In this document: positions 47,281-55,596 of the stretch, one piece after another | Position numbering within the stretch: the first letter of the stretch is position 1 | Layout: every line of letters starts with the position of its first letter | Source: an uncultured Candidatus Saccharibacteria bacterium | GTDB taxonomy: Bacteria; Patescibacteriota; Minisyncoccia; Phycocordibacterales; DATGWK01 | NCBI GenBank assembly: GCA_964456405.1 | Contig: CAYVZB010000004.1 | Span: 1-62,699, forward strand | Direction of reading: 5' to 3' | Length of the DNA: 62,699 nucleotides | Position numbers and translations under genes: made by a program | Notes under the pieces: generated by a model | The model's input: the letters and a program-made list of their open reading frames with translations, nothing else | Told to the model about the DNA's origin: nothing | Database searches by the model: none

Positions 47281-47356
47281 CGCCACCTTAGCTCAGTTGG
47301 TAGAGCAGCCGTTTTGTAAACGGCAGGTCGTCAGTTCAAGCCTGACAGGTGGCTCC
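47281..47356 (+). tRNA. tRNA-Thr (anticodon UGU), CCA encoded
   Basis: Hand-folded. Acceptor GCCACCT/AGGTGGC, D arm GCTC-AGTTGGTA-GAGC, anticodon arm GCCGT-TTTGTAA-ACGGC, T arm GTCAG-TTCAAGC-CTGAC. Confidence 0.9.
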
Positions 47357-47439
47357 AAAAGTATGGTTTTATGCGCACGTGTGGATTCAGCTATTGTTTA
47401 GCTATTTTAAATGAACGATAATCAAATGGAGCGTGTAGC

Positions 47440-48087
47440 TTGCAGATGATTAGTAATAAATATTCTTTTAAATTTGTCAGGGGGAGTACCTTGGGTAGTT
47501 CAGCTACTTATGTTGTTGGTGAAAAACCATTAGCACTGAATGAAAGTTCTTCTGGAGATATTGGTGAAAAGCAGACTCTCATAACCGATGAAAATAAACG
47601 GGTTTTTCTTAAGGCATTAGGGGTAGCGGGTATCGGACTTGCCGCGTCCCAATTTTTACCCAAAAAGGCAGAAGCTTTGGTAATGGGAAGTACACCATCT
47701 TCAAGTGTGGTTGGAGTAAAAGACGCGAGTAACGACAGAATAAATCCTGCAACAGAAGAAACTGTTGCCTCGCTTCTTGCAGGTCAGGGCGTTTCAAAAA
47801 TTACCACCACACTTGCAGCAACGGGAAATGTCCACACTCCTGGTTCTGGTAAAAAAATCAGGGTTTATGCTTCGCGCTTTTCTTTAACGGCGGACGCGAC
47901 ATCAGTCTCGTTCCGTTTTACGTCCGGTGGCACGGATCACGAAAAATATGTGTCTCCGAAAGCCGGTGGTTTGTATGGTTCGAACAATCATCCAAATTAT
48001 ATCGAAGGTGGTGTGGATGAGGTGTTATACTGTGTAATATCTGGCACTACCACCGTGCAAATTAATATCGATTATTTAGAAGTTTAA
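47440..48087 (+). CDS. Hypothetical exported protein with a twin-arginine-like (KR) signal
   Basis: 215 aa. ENKRVFLKALGVAGIGLAASQFLPKKAEA fits S/T-R-R-x-F-L-K plus h-region plus AxA, except K-R replaces R-R. Beta-rich C-terminal domain. TTG start (ATG at 47446). Confidence 0.6.
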   Translation: MQMISNKYSFKFVRGSTLGSSATYVVGEKPLALNESSSGDIGEKQTLITDENKRVFLKALGVAGIGLAASQFLPKKAEALVMGSTPSSSVVGVKDASNDRINPATEETVASLLAGQGVSKITTTLAATGNVHTPGSGKKIRVYASRFSLTADATSVSFRFTSGGTDHEKYVSPKAGGLYGSNNHPNYIEGGVDEVLYCVISGTTTVQINIDYLEV

Positions 48088-48098
48088 TTTTAGAAGCA

Positions 48099-50759
48099 AT
48101 GGCATTACGAGCAGTTGAACATGTATTTACAGGAGTCACTACACCATACTCAAACTATGATTCGACTAAGACCAGTTTAGGGGATCTAATCGAACAGTAT
48201 ACAGGTGATGATAACACTGATAAGTTTGCTGGACCTTCAAAAATCGGTATTGCGCGACCGTTTGAAACCTCAACTTCAATTCCAGGTATTTTCCCGCACG
48301 TAGTACAGTGGGCGAATAAAGAGGGGCACTATTCAACGGGTACAGTTGCTGTTTCTGGTACTGCTGTGACAGGTAGTGGAACAGGGTGGTTAGCGGCAGG
48401 GGTGCCTATTGGCGCAAGAATTGGTTTTGGTTCAACTGACCCTGCAGAAATTACAACCTGGTACACCATTACTGCTATTGGTTCTGCTACAACACTAACA
48501 CTTGCAACTTCGGCGGGTACGATTTCAGGTGGCACGGCCTTTGTAATAGATAAAGAAGTTAAAAAAGACTGGGTATTTTTGGCCGATAACGCTGCTACTG
48601 CAGCAACTCGTAGAATTTCCTGCTTTGCTTACGATCGTTTAACCTCACTTTTTACATGGAGAGGATTCATTACAATTACCTACCCAGCCGGTGGAGGTAA
48701 TCAAATAATCAGAGGAATGCGAGTTATTTATGATACCTATACTGCTGGGACTATTGAGGTTTCGGGAGCTACGGTAACTGGCACGTCAACACTCTGGTCG
48801 GACTCACGTATTGCAGTTGGTTCCAGAATTGGTTTTGGTAGTACCGATCCGACACAAATTACTACCTGGTATTATATTAACGCTGTCAGTTCAAACACCT
48901 CAATCACACTCCAAACAAACGTTACTGCAAGCGGTACTGGAGGCACCGCCGCTAGTCTTACTATTTCTTCAGGTACAGCGTATGTCATTGAAGATTTGAA
49001 GGTTCTTACTTCTACTACCGCAGTTGTGATTGCGGCGGCGGGTTTGACCTTGGTTAACGGTCTTTCTTATGATGATTTTGCGGTCGGTGGTACAACTATT
49101 GCTGCGGCTACGACAGTTGATAAAACAAAGGCGGCGTACAGTCTTGTCGATCTTGATTCGATCTATTCGACTGGAACCGTAACAGTTCCAACATCAACAA
49201 CTGTTACCGGGTCAGGAACGGCATGGGCCGCTGCTACTCATCTCGGATGTAAAATTGGCTTTGGTTCAACCAACCCTGCTTCTATAACTACATGGTATAC
49301 GATCACTGCTGTTGGTTCGGGTACATCCCTTACCATTTCATCCGCGGCAACGGTGTCAGGGGGTACAAGTTATGTGATTGTCGGCGGAAACGGCATTTCG
49401 TGCGGTTTGGCAGTTGACGATCGTGTCAGTTGGACTGAGCAATATGCATATATAATCGAACTTCAGGGTGGAACCACGCCACAAGTATATAAATATAATT
49501 TCAGAGCTGATCTTACAACGCTTGGTGGTATTGGTGCAGGTAAGGCTGCGGCTGCGTGGGTACTCACAACAGGAACCCAGACCGTTACTGGTACGGTGAC
49601 ACAGACTAATAACGGTCGTGTTGGAATTTTATCCCACGGACCAGGTTCTGGTGTTAAGTGTTTATATTTTGTTTCCGGTAGCCGTGTTCACCGTGCACCG
49701 CTTACTGATATCGTTCAAGGAAGTACAACATGGGTTTCGGACTCCATGAGCGAAATTCCTCCCGGTGGTACTTCTACCTACGGTCTCACGAGTCTTTTGA
49801 CCGGTGTAGAAATTGCCGATCAAATCGACAGGCTTATTCTTACCACTACTGGCGCTGGTACTACCACAGCTCACCATCGTGCTTATTTAACAAAGTACGA
49901 TGCGTCTGGATCCTATGCGTTTGACCATATCTTCCTTGTGGATACTGGTCAACAAGATCAGTCTTCCGCTGATTCTGCCTCGGTGCCGCATCCAAGCGCA
50001 CAGGGCGCCGCTTTGTCTGTGTGGTCACAGGCCGGCCTTGTGTATATTGCACGTACGGGTACGGCCGCGACAACAAACGTAATGTACACAGTACCATTGG
50101 GTGCCGACTGGGAGTATGCTGATGGTTCAGTTAATCAAAGACTCATTACACCAGTACTCTCAACAGAGAATGCCCAAAAACTAATACGTGTGTACGCTAA
50201 TAATGCAGACTATTTAGGTGACGATAGTCTAACTATGCCAACAGAACCATTTAGGATTTATTATCGAACCTCAGGGATTGATGATGATTCGGGTAACTGG
50301 GTGTTGGTTGACCAAACTGGTGATTTAACCGGAGCGACTCCCGCGGAAGAAATTCAATTCGCAATCGAATTCAGAACTATTGGTGCAATTTGTCTCCCTA
50401 ATCGCGTATACAACCTGTCTTGTTTGTATGAGGACAATACTACTGATAGTCATTATCAGCCATCTGTTGCGCAGTCTTCAACAACAGAAAAAAGATTTGC
50501 ATGGAGATTTTCAACTGCATTTGGCGGCACAGTTCCAACACTCAGAATTAGACTGTATAATGCAACAACTGGCGGACTTTTGCTTGATGATACGACCACT
50601 GCATTGGCATCTGGCACGTTTGAGAAATCAACCAACGACGGCGGCTCGTGGGGATCATACAATACATCTGATAAGAGCAATGACACGACATACATTCGTT
50701 ATACGCCAACTTCGCTTGCAGACAACATAAAGGTTCGCGCCCTCCTAACACAAAACTAA
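48099..50759 (+). CDS. 886-aa signal-less protein with three ~70-aa G/T/S-rich repeats
   Basis: Long uninterrupted ORF. Repeats at aa 78-150, 214-296 and 356-427 share GT(V/I)xV..G..VTG(S/T)GT.W....G..IGFGST.P..ITTWY.I.A..S.TS(L/I)T......SGGT.YVI. Confidence 0.75.
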   Translation: MALRAVEHVFTGVTTPYSNYDSTKTSLGDLIEQYTGDDNTDKFAGPSKIGIARPFETSTSIPGIFPHVVQWANKEGHYSTGTVAVSGTAVTGSGTGWLAAGVPIGARIGFGSTDPAEITTWYTITAIGSATTLTLATSAGTISGGTAFVIDKEVKKDWVFLADNAATAATRRISCFAYDRLTSLFTWRGFITITYPAGGGNQIIRGMRVIYDTYTAGTIEVSGATVTGTSTLWSDSRIAVGSRIGFGSTDPTQITTWYYINAVSSNTSITLQTNVTASGTGGTAASLTISSGTAYVIEDLKVLTSTTAVVIAAAGLTLVNGLSYDDFAVGGTTIAAATTVDKTKAAYSLVDLDSIYSTGTVTVPTSTTVTGSGTAWAAATHLGCKIGFGSTNPASITTWYTITAVGSGTSLTISSAATVSGGTSYVIVGGNGISCGLAVDDRVSWTEQYAYIIELQGGTTPQVYKYNFRADLTTLGGIGAGKAAAAWVLTTGTQTVTGTVTQTNNGRVGILSHGPGSGVKCLYFVSGSRVHRAPLTDIVQGSTTWVSDSMSEIPPGGTSTYGLTSLLTGVEIADQIDRLILTTTGAGTTTAHHRAYLTKYDASGSYAFDHIFLVDTGQQDQSSADSASVPHPSAQGAALSVWSQAGLVYIARTGTAATTNVMYTVPLGADWEYADGSVNQRLITPVLSTENAQKLIRVYANNADYLGDDSLTMPTEPFRIYYRTSGIDDDSGNWVLVDQTGDLTGATPAEEIQFAIEFRTIGAICLPNRVYNLSCLYEDNTTDSHYQPSVAQSSTTEKRFAWRFSTAFGGTVPTLRIRLYNATTGGLLLDDTTTALASGTFEKSTNDGGSWGSYNTSDKSNDTTYIRYTPTSLADNIKVRALLTQN

Positions 50760-50760
50760 T

Positions 50761-51495
50761 ATGATTCACATTGAAAAAGGAGAATTTGTAGTAGGGAATC
50801 CGTCGCTCAAAGTGGTGACCAAGACTGGTGACTATGAAGATACAGCCCTAATTGAATTTAAAGATGTGAGCTCTGAGGAGGAACTCGTAGCCGGTGCTTA
50901 TCAAGCACAGTTTATTAAATACGGCAATTTGGTGTACCAATTCAATGATCCTAAGGATTTGGGTGTTGAAATTTTGAAAATCGACCCAGAATCTACTCAC
51001 GCTGCGGCATCTTTTGTTCGGCTCAATGCTGAGCTTTTGAGGCAACTCAATAATGGCTCACTCGAACCGTCGTCTCTAGACCAAGCGGTGGCAGAAGAAA
51101 AGATCAACACAGAGGAACCAGTAGAAGGTCCTGTTGATGTTGTCGAACCGGAGGAAACAGATGAACCGGATGATACTTTTCCACCGATCGATACACCAAC
51201 ACCGACTACACCACATATCGATATTTCAACCACAACCACTCCCTTCATCCCAAATAATTCGAAAAAGAATAGAAAAATTATTGATGTTCAGAAAACTAAT
51301 GTGGTCGATGATTTTGCTACAGATCAGATTTTGCCCGTAGATAAAAAAATTGATAATTCTTCGATTTTAGAGGAAGTGCTTGAAGTCGTGAGTCCGGAAG
51401 TCGGAGATGTTGTTTCTTCTGTCAAAAGGAAAATCGCTAAACTTAAAGGAATTACTCCAAAAAAGTTAGCCAAGAAAAAGCGTCGCAACACTTAG
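50761..51495 (+). CDS. Hypothetical acidic protein with P/T linker and K/R-rich C-terminus
   Basis: 244 aa. ATG is 1 nt after the 886-aa stop (TAATATG). Confidence 0.6.
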   Translation: MIHIEKGEFVVGNPSLKVVTKTGDYEDTALIEFKDVSSEEELVAGAYQAQFIKYGNLVYQFNDPKDLGVEILKIDPESTHAAASFVRLNAELLRQLNNGSLEPSSLDQAVAEEKINTEEPVEGPVDVVEPEETDEPDDTFPPIDTPTPTTPHIDISTTTTPFIPNNSKKNRKIIDVQKTNVVDDFATDQILPVDKKIDNSSILEEVLEVVSPEVGDVVSSVKRKIAKLKGITPKKLAKKKRRNT

Positions 51496-51511
51496 TTGGT
51501 CATACTTCCAT

Positions 51512-51691
51512 ATGGCATTATCCGATGTAAATTTTCAAGAGGGTGAAGGACAAGATTTTCTTTTGGAATTACCAACGGCTATATATGTTGGCTCTGTGAA
51601 TGATATTTTGAATGAACCGAGTAGCGCTCAGCTTCCAGTCATGGAACTGCCAGAATCCGAGGGTGGAGATATTTTTATTATGTCCGAATAG
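51512..51691 (+). CDS. Possible 59-aa acidic protein (below the ORF-track cutoff)
   Basis: Own translation: MALSDVNFQEGEGQDFLLELPTAIYVGSVNDILNEPSSAQLPVMELPESEGGDIFIMSE*. Fills the gap before tatC. Confidence 0.35.
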   Translation: MALSDVNFQEGEGQDFLLELPTAIYVGSVNDILNEPSSAQLPVMELPESEGGDIFIMSE

Positions 51692-51705
51692 ACTGAATTG
51701 TTTAC

Positions 51706-52425
51706 GTGGAGACTTTCAAGAATTTCATACAAAAATTTACGCCGTATCTCGAGGATATCAGGCGTCGGCTTTATTTTCTGGCAATTTTCTTCATTGCTAT
51801 GTTTATTGCTGGGTTTTTGGGAACCGGGATCATTATAAAGTTCATTCTTTCCTTGTTTGATATTAAAGATGTGGTTATTGCCACGACTTCACCTTTTCAG
51901 TTTGCTGATCTTTCTGTGAATATTGGTTTGGCTGCGGCCTGTCTCGTCTGTTGTCCACTTTTTGTGTACCATATTTTTTCTTTTTTGAGTCCGGCCCTTA
52001 GCAAAAGGGAAAAGAAATCATTCTTTGTCGTTTTACCTCTCTCGATCATTTTATTTTCAGCTGGATTCGTATATGGTTTTTTCATTTTGTATTACGCACT
52101 TATCACATTGGCGCGTATCAACAACAGTATTGGTGTTCAAAACATATGGGATGTAGGAACCTTTTTGTCCCAAATCATCATTACAGCCACACTTTTGGGT
52201 GTTTTGTTTCAGTTTCCGATTGTTGTGAGCTACCTTATTCGAATGGGACTTTTGGATGTCGCTGTTCTTCGTTCAAAAAGAAAGATCGCGGTGTTTATAA
52301 TATTCATTTTTGCAACTTTACTTCCACCAACCGACGGGCTATCATTAATTGCGATGGTATTGCCGCTTACGTTACTCTACGAGCTTACAATTTTGGCAAA
52401 TTCGAGAGTGCGAAGTTCTGCATAG
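51706..52425 (+). CDS. tatC: Twin-arginine translocase subunit TatC
   Basis: 239 aa, 6 TM helices. FLSPALSKREKK and LLPPTDGLS blocks. GTG start. Confidence 0.85.
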   Translation: METFKNFIQKFTPYLEDIRRRLYFLAIFFIAMFIAGFLGTGIIIKFILSLFDIKDVVIATTSPFQFADLSVNIGLAAACLVCCPLFVYHIFSFLSPALSKREKKSFFVVLPLSIILFSAGFVYGFFILYYALITLARINNSIGVQNIWDVGTFLSQIIITATLLGVLFQFPIVVSYLIRMGLLDVAVLRSKRKIAVFIIFIFATLLPPTDGLSLIAMVLPLTLLYELTILANSRVRSSA

Positions 52426-52464
52426 GCAATCGAAGGGAGTATATTATTAGTATTTATATAAAAT

Positions 52465-52647
52465 ATGTTTGGAAATATTGGGACAAAAGAAATTATCATC
52501 ATAGCTGTTGTTTTCATCATTCTTTTTGGCGCAAAGAAGATCCCAGAACTTTCAAAGAGTTTGGTTGAATCCATCCGACATCTCCGAGGTGCCTTTAAGG
52601 ATCTTCCTCCTGAAACAACTGGTAAGGAAGAAAAGAAACGATCTTAG
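52465..52647 (+). CDS. tatA: Twin-arginine translocase subunit TatA/E
   Basis: 60 aa. IIIIAVVFIILFGAKKIPELSKSL, amphipathic helix. Confidence 0.8.
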   Translation: MFGNIGTKEIIIIAVVFIILFGAKKIPELSKSLVESIRHLRGAFKDLPPETTGKEEKKRS

Positions 52648-52689
52648 TTTGTTGTTGGTGGTGGTGCCTGGTGTTCTTTGGAAACATAG

Positions 52690-54669
52690 ATGTTAGATCG
52701 TAGAAATTCTATTCTCAATAGGTTTTTAAAATCATTCTTTTTTATCTGGATATTTGTTTTGATTTTGGGCGTTTTTTCAGTTGCTCGAGCAGCATATGAG
52801 CGTTTTGAAGCCGGTGGCACCGCAACCATCGGTGAATTTGTGTACGACGATGATTTTGTTGCAACTACAACCGCTGGTTGTGTTGTGACAATTTATAATC
52901 CTGCTGGATCCGCCGTTGTTACTAACGCTTCTATGTCTGTGAATGTGACAAACGGTTGGTATTATTATAATTATTCTATTCCTACGTCTGGTGCAACCGG
53001 TGTTTGGCCAACCACAATGCGGTGCGGTAGTGCGGCGGTTGGTGATTTGGTTCAGTTGGACAAGAGTTTCGCCGTCGGAGATATTGTTGTTTCTTCCTCA
53101 ACCATTGCAACCTCTGTCTGGCAGAATGCAACGCGTTCACTTACCTCATTCGGTACACTTGTCTCTGATGTCTGGGCAAACGGTACCAGAACGCTCACTG
53201 GAGCTGGGTTAACCTCAGGCTCTTTGGCAACGCAGGCAGACATTTTGACCGCCTCATCATCTCTTGCAGCAACCATTCCAACAGCTGTCTGGAGCTCTGG
53301 AACTCGATCACTTACAACATTTGGCACACTGGTTTCAGACGTTTGGGCTAACGGTACACGAACACTTACCTCTGGTGGCAGTATCACTGCTGCCGATGTT
53401 TGGTCATATGCAACCCGAAGGCTCTCTGACTCAACACTCGATACTGGTTCACTTGCAACAGCAGCAAATCTAACAACCGCATCTTCTTCAATTGCAGCGG
53501 TGGTCAATGCTAATACCGATTCACAAGTTTCCTCAATTAACGCAAATACAAACTCTGTTGTTGGAACAGCGTCCTCATCACTTGCTTCTGTAATCAATGC
53601 CAACACAAACTCTCAGATTTCTTCAGCAATTTCAACGATAAACAGCAACGTTGCTTCAACGGTGCTTACAGCTTCGACATCGCTCGTCGCTACAATTCCA
53701 ACCGCGGTCTGGGCTAACACAACACGTTCACTCACCACATTTGGTAGCCTTGTTGCGGATATCTGGTCAGCCGCTACTCAAACACCATGGGATATGACCA
53801 CATCAGACTTCGGTACGGTAGCTGCGGGTAGTAATTATCTCGCAACAGTTCGAACGACATACAACGGCACACTTACTGACTCAAACAACACTCCGACAGT
53901 CACATTGTATGACCCAAGTAGAAACGTAATTGTGAGTGGTGTAGCAATGACTCGAATTTCAACAGGAACATATTCCTACTCATACACAACAACGAGCGGT
54001 TCACCTGCAGGTACATGGGAAGCGGTTTTCTCGGCAGGAGTTGATACTGGAAAGACACTTTCAGGCAGTGACTACTGGACCGTGGTTTCATCTCCTGCCC
54101 AGGTCATTATCAACAGTATTTCTGATACAGTAGCTCCAGAAATTTCTGCCAATGTCACAATCACGAACGAAGGTTTGACTGGATACGAGTATCAGTATGA
54201 ATGGTGTGTCGTTTCAAGCATCGACAATGCTTGTGGAGGGGGTAACGACACGTTCCATGGTATTGCGGCGAAATTTATCAATGCCGGTGAAGATTTCAAT
54301 ACAACACTGACCGCAACTGTGCCTAATGACGGCAATTATTTCTTCAAGTTGGTCGTGTACTTCGGTGACGACAGTTCTGGTGCTTCACGATCATTCGCTG
54401 TGACTGGCGGTACTGGTGGCGGCAGTCCACCTTCGGGTGGTGGTGGCGGAGGAGGGGGTGGTGGGGGAAGTTCAGGTGGTTCTCAGACGACAAATTCAGC
54501 GGTTGCAGATTTGAACGGGGATAACATCGTAAATTCTGTTGATTTCTCCATTCTTCTTTACTTCTGGAAAGCACAACCACCATTTTCTAACCCACAGGTT
54601 GATATGAATAAGGATGGTAAAATAGATTCTGTTGATTTCTCCATTCTTCTGTATCGATGGGGCCAATAG
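52690..54669 (+). CDS. Secreted repeat protein with poly-Gly linker and C-terminal dockerin module
   Basis: 659 aa. Signal peptide. Seven W-x5-R-x-LT repeats. G-run. Duplicated calcium-loop segments DLNGDNIVNSVDFSILL and DMNKDGKIDSVDFSILL. Confidence 0.75.
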   Translation: MLDRRNSILNRFLKSFFFIWIFVLILGVFSVARAAYERFEAGGTATIGEFVYDDDFVATTTAGCVVTIYNPAGSAVVTNASMSVNVTNGWYYYNYSIPTSGATGVWPTTMRCGSAAVGDLVQLDKSFAVGDIVVSSSTIATSVWQNATRSLTSFGTLVSDVWANGTRTLTGAGLTSGSLATQADILTASSSLAATIPTAVWSSGTRSLTTFGTLVSDVWANGTRTLTSGGSITAADVWSYATRRLSDSTLDTGSLATAANLTTASSSIAAVVNANTDSQVSSINANTNSVVGTASSSLASVINANTNSQISSAISTINSNVASTVLTASTSLVATIPTAVWANTTRSLTTFGSLVADIWSAATQTPWDMTTSDFGTVAAGSNYLATVRTTYNGTLTDSNNTPTVTLYDPSRNVIVSGVAMTRISTGTYSYSYTTTSGSPAGTWEAVFSAGVDTGKTLSGSDYWTVVSSPAQVIINSISDTVAPEISANVTITNEGLTGYEYQYEWCVVSSIDNACGGGNDTFHGIAAKFINAGEDFNTTLTATVPNDGNYFFKLVVYFGDDSSGASRSFAVTGGTGGGSPPSGGGGGGGGGGGSSGGSQTTNSAVADLNGDNIVNSVDFSILLYFWKAQPPFSNPQVDMNKDGKIDSVDFSILLYRWGQ

Positions 54670-54687
54670 TAACTTAATTAAATTAAC

Positions 54688-55596
54688 ATGCACAAGATAT
54701 TCAAATTTTTAGTAATAGCGATGATCGCTTTTGTTCTTCCACAGATGGTCTCGGCAGCGTCCGTATATGTTGAAGCGTCTCGAAGTACTATTTCAGTCGG
54801 CGACACTGCTGTGGTCGCGGTTAAGATCAATGCTGATGGCGGGGTAATCAACACGATTGAAGGAGATATAGCAATAAATTCAGTGGCGAATAACGCTGTT
54901 GTTCAGGAATTTAGTCTTGCTAATTCTGCTTTTGGATTGTGGCCACGAACTCCATCACTTTCTACCGATGGGAAAACGGTTTCTTTTGTCGGGGGAGTGC
55001 CAGGCGGTTTCAGTATTGAGGGTGCCACTGTTTTTAAAATAATTCTTGAAGCAAAAAAACCTGGTCGCGTAACTATTTCTCCTAAAAATATTTCTGTATA
55101 CCAAAACGATGGTCAGGGTACAAAATTACCAATACAATTTAAGGATGTGGCAATTGATGTCGTTGCCGCGCAATCTGGTGTAGAGGCCGTAAATGACTGG
55201 GCGGCAATTGTTTCTCAGGATGTAACAAAACCAGAAGACTTTATTATCGTTCCTGGACAGACAAATAATCTTTTTGAAGGCAAAAAATTTGTATTCTTTA
55301 GCGCAGTGGACAACCAGTCCGGCATTGACTATTACGAAGTTTCTGAAAATGGTGGCACTGCGGTACGAAGCGGTAGCACCTATGTCTTACAAAACCAGAA
55401 TGGCAATGTCGATCTCACAGTTACTGCGTATGACAAGGCAGGTAACCGACGTGTGGTAAAAAGCGCGGTTGAGCCAAAAGAAGGAATTTCATGGACGTTT
55501 GTTATTACGGTAATTCTGGCTGGAGTGGTGCTTAAGATTGTGTATAAAATTTGGAAGCGTAGAAAAAGTAATGCATCATTTTCTGGTCAAAATTAA
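54688..55596 (+). CDS. Cohesin-like domain protein, C-terminally membrane-anchored
   Basis: 302 aa. Signal peptide. SVYVEAS..ISVGDTAVVAVKINADGGVINTIEGDIAI...FKIILEAKKPGRVTIS. C-terminal TM helix plus KRRK. Confidence 0.65.
   Translation: MHKIFKFLVIAMIAFVLPQMVSAASVYVEASRSTISVGDTAVVAVKINADGGVINTIEGDIAINSVANNAVVQEFSLANSAFGLWPRTPSLSTDGKTVSFVGGVPGGFSIEGATVFKIILEAKKPGRVTISPKNISVYQNDGQGTKLPIQFKDVAIDVVAAQSGVEAVNDWAAIVSQDVTKPEDFIIVPGQTNNLFEGKKFVFFSAVDNQSGIDYYEVSENGGTAVRSGSTYVLQNQNGNVDLTVTAYDKAGNRRVVKSAVEPKEGISWTFVITVILAGVVLKIVYKIWKRRKSNASFSGQN

Noticed and set aside
48329-50769. Numerous short ORFs on both strands inside the 886-aa gene, and similarly inside ftsZ, ftsA, rnj, groEL, nrdA, nrdB, tkt and others.
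   Set aside because: They are nested in, or antisense to, long ORFs with strong family signatures or repeat structure. They have no independent initiation or termination signals.
53101-53784. Repeats in the dockerin protein as a diversity-generating retroelement (VR/TR) target, since DGRs are common in CPR.
   Set aside because: No reverse transcriptase gene is in the window. No near-identical template copy exists. Differences between copies are spread over all bases, mostly at synonymous sites, rather than being adenine-specific.
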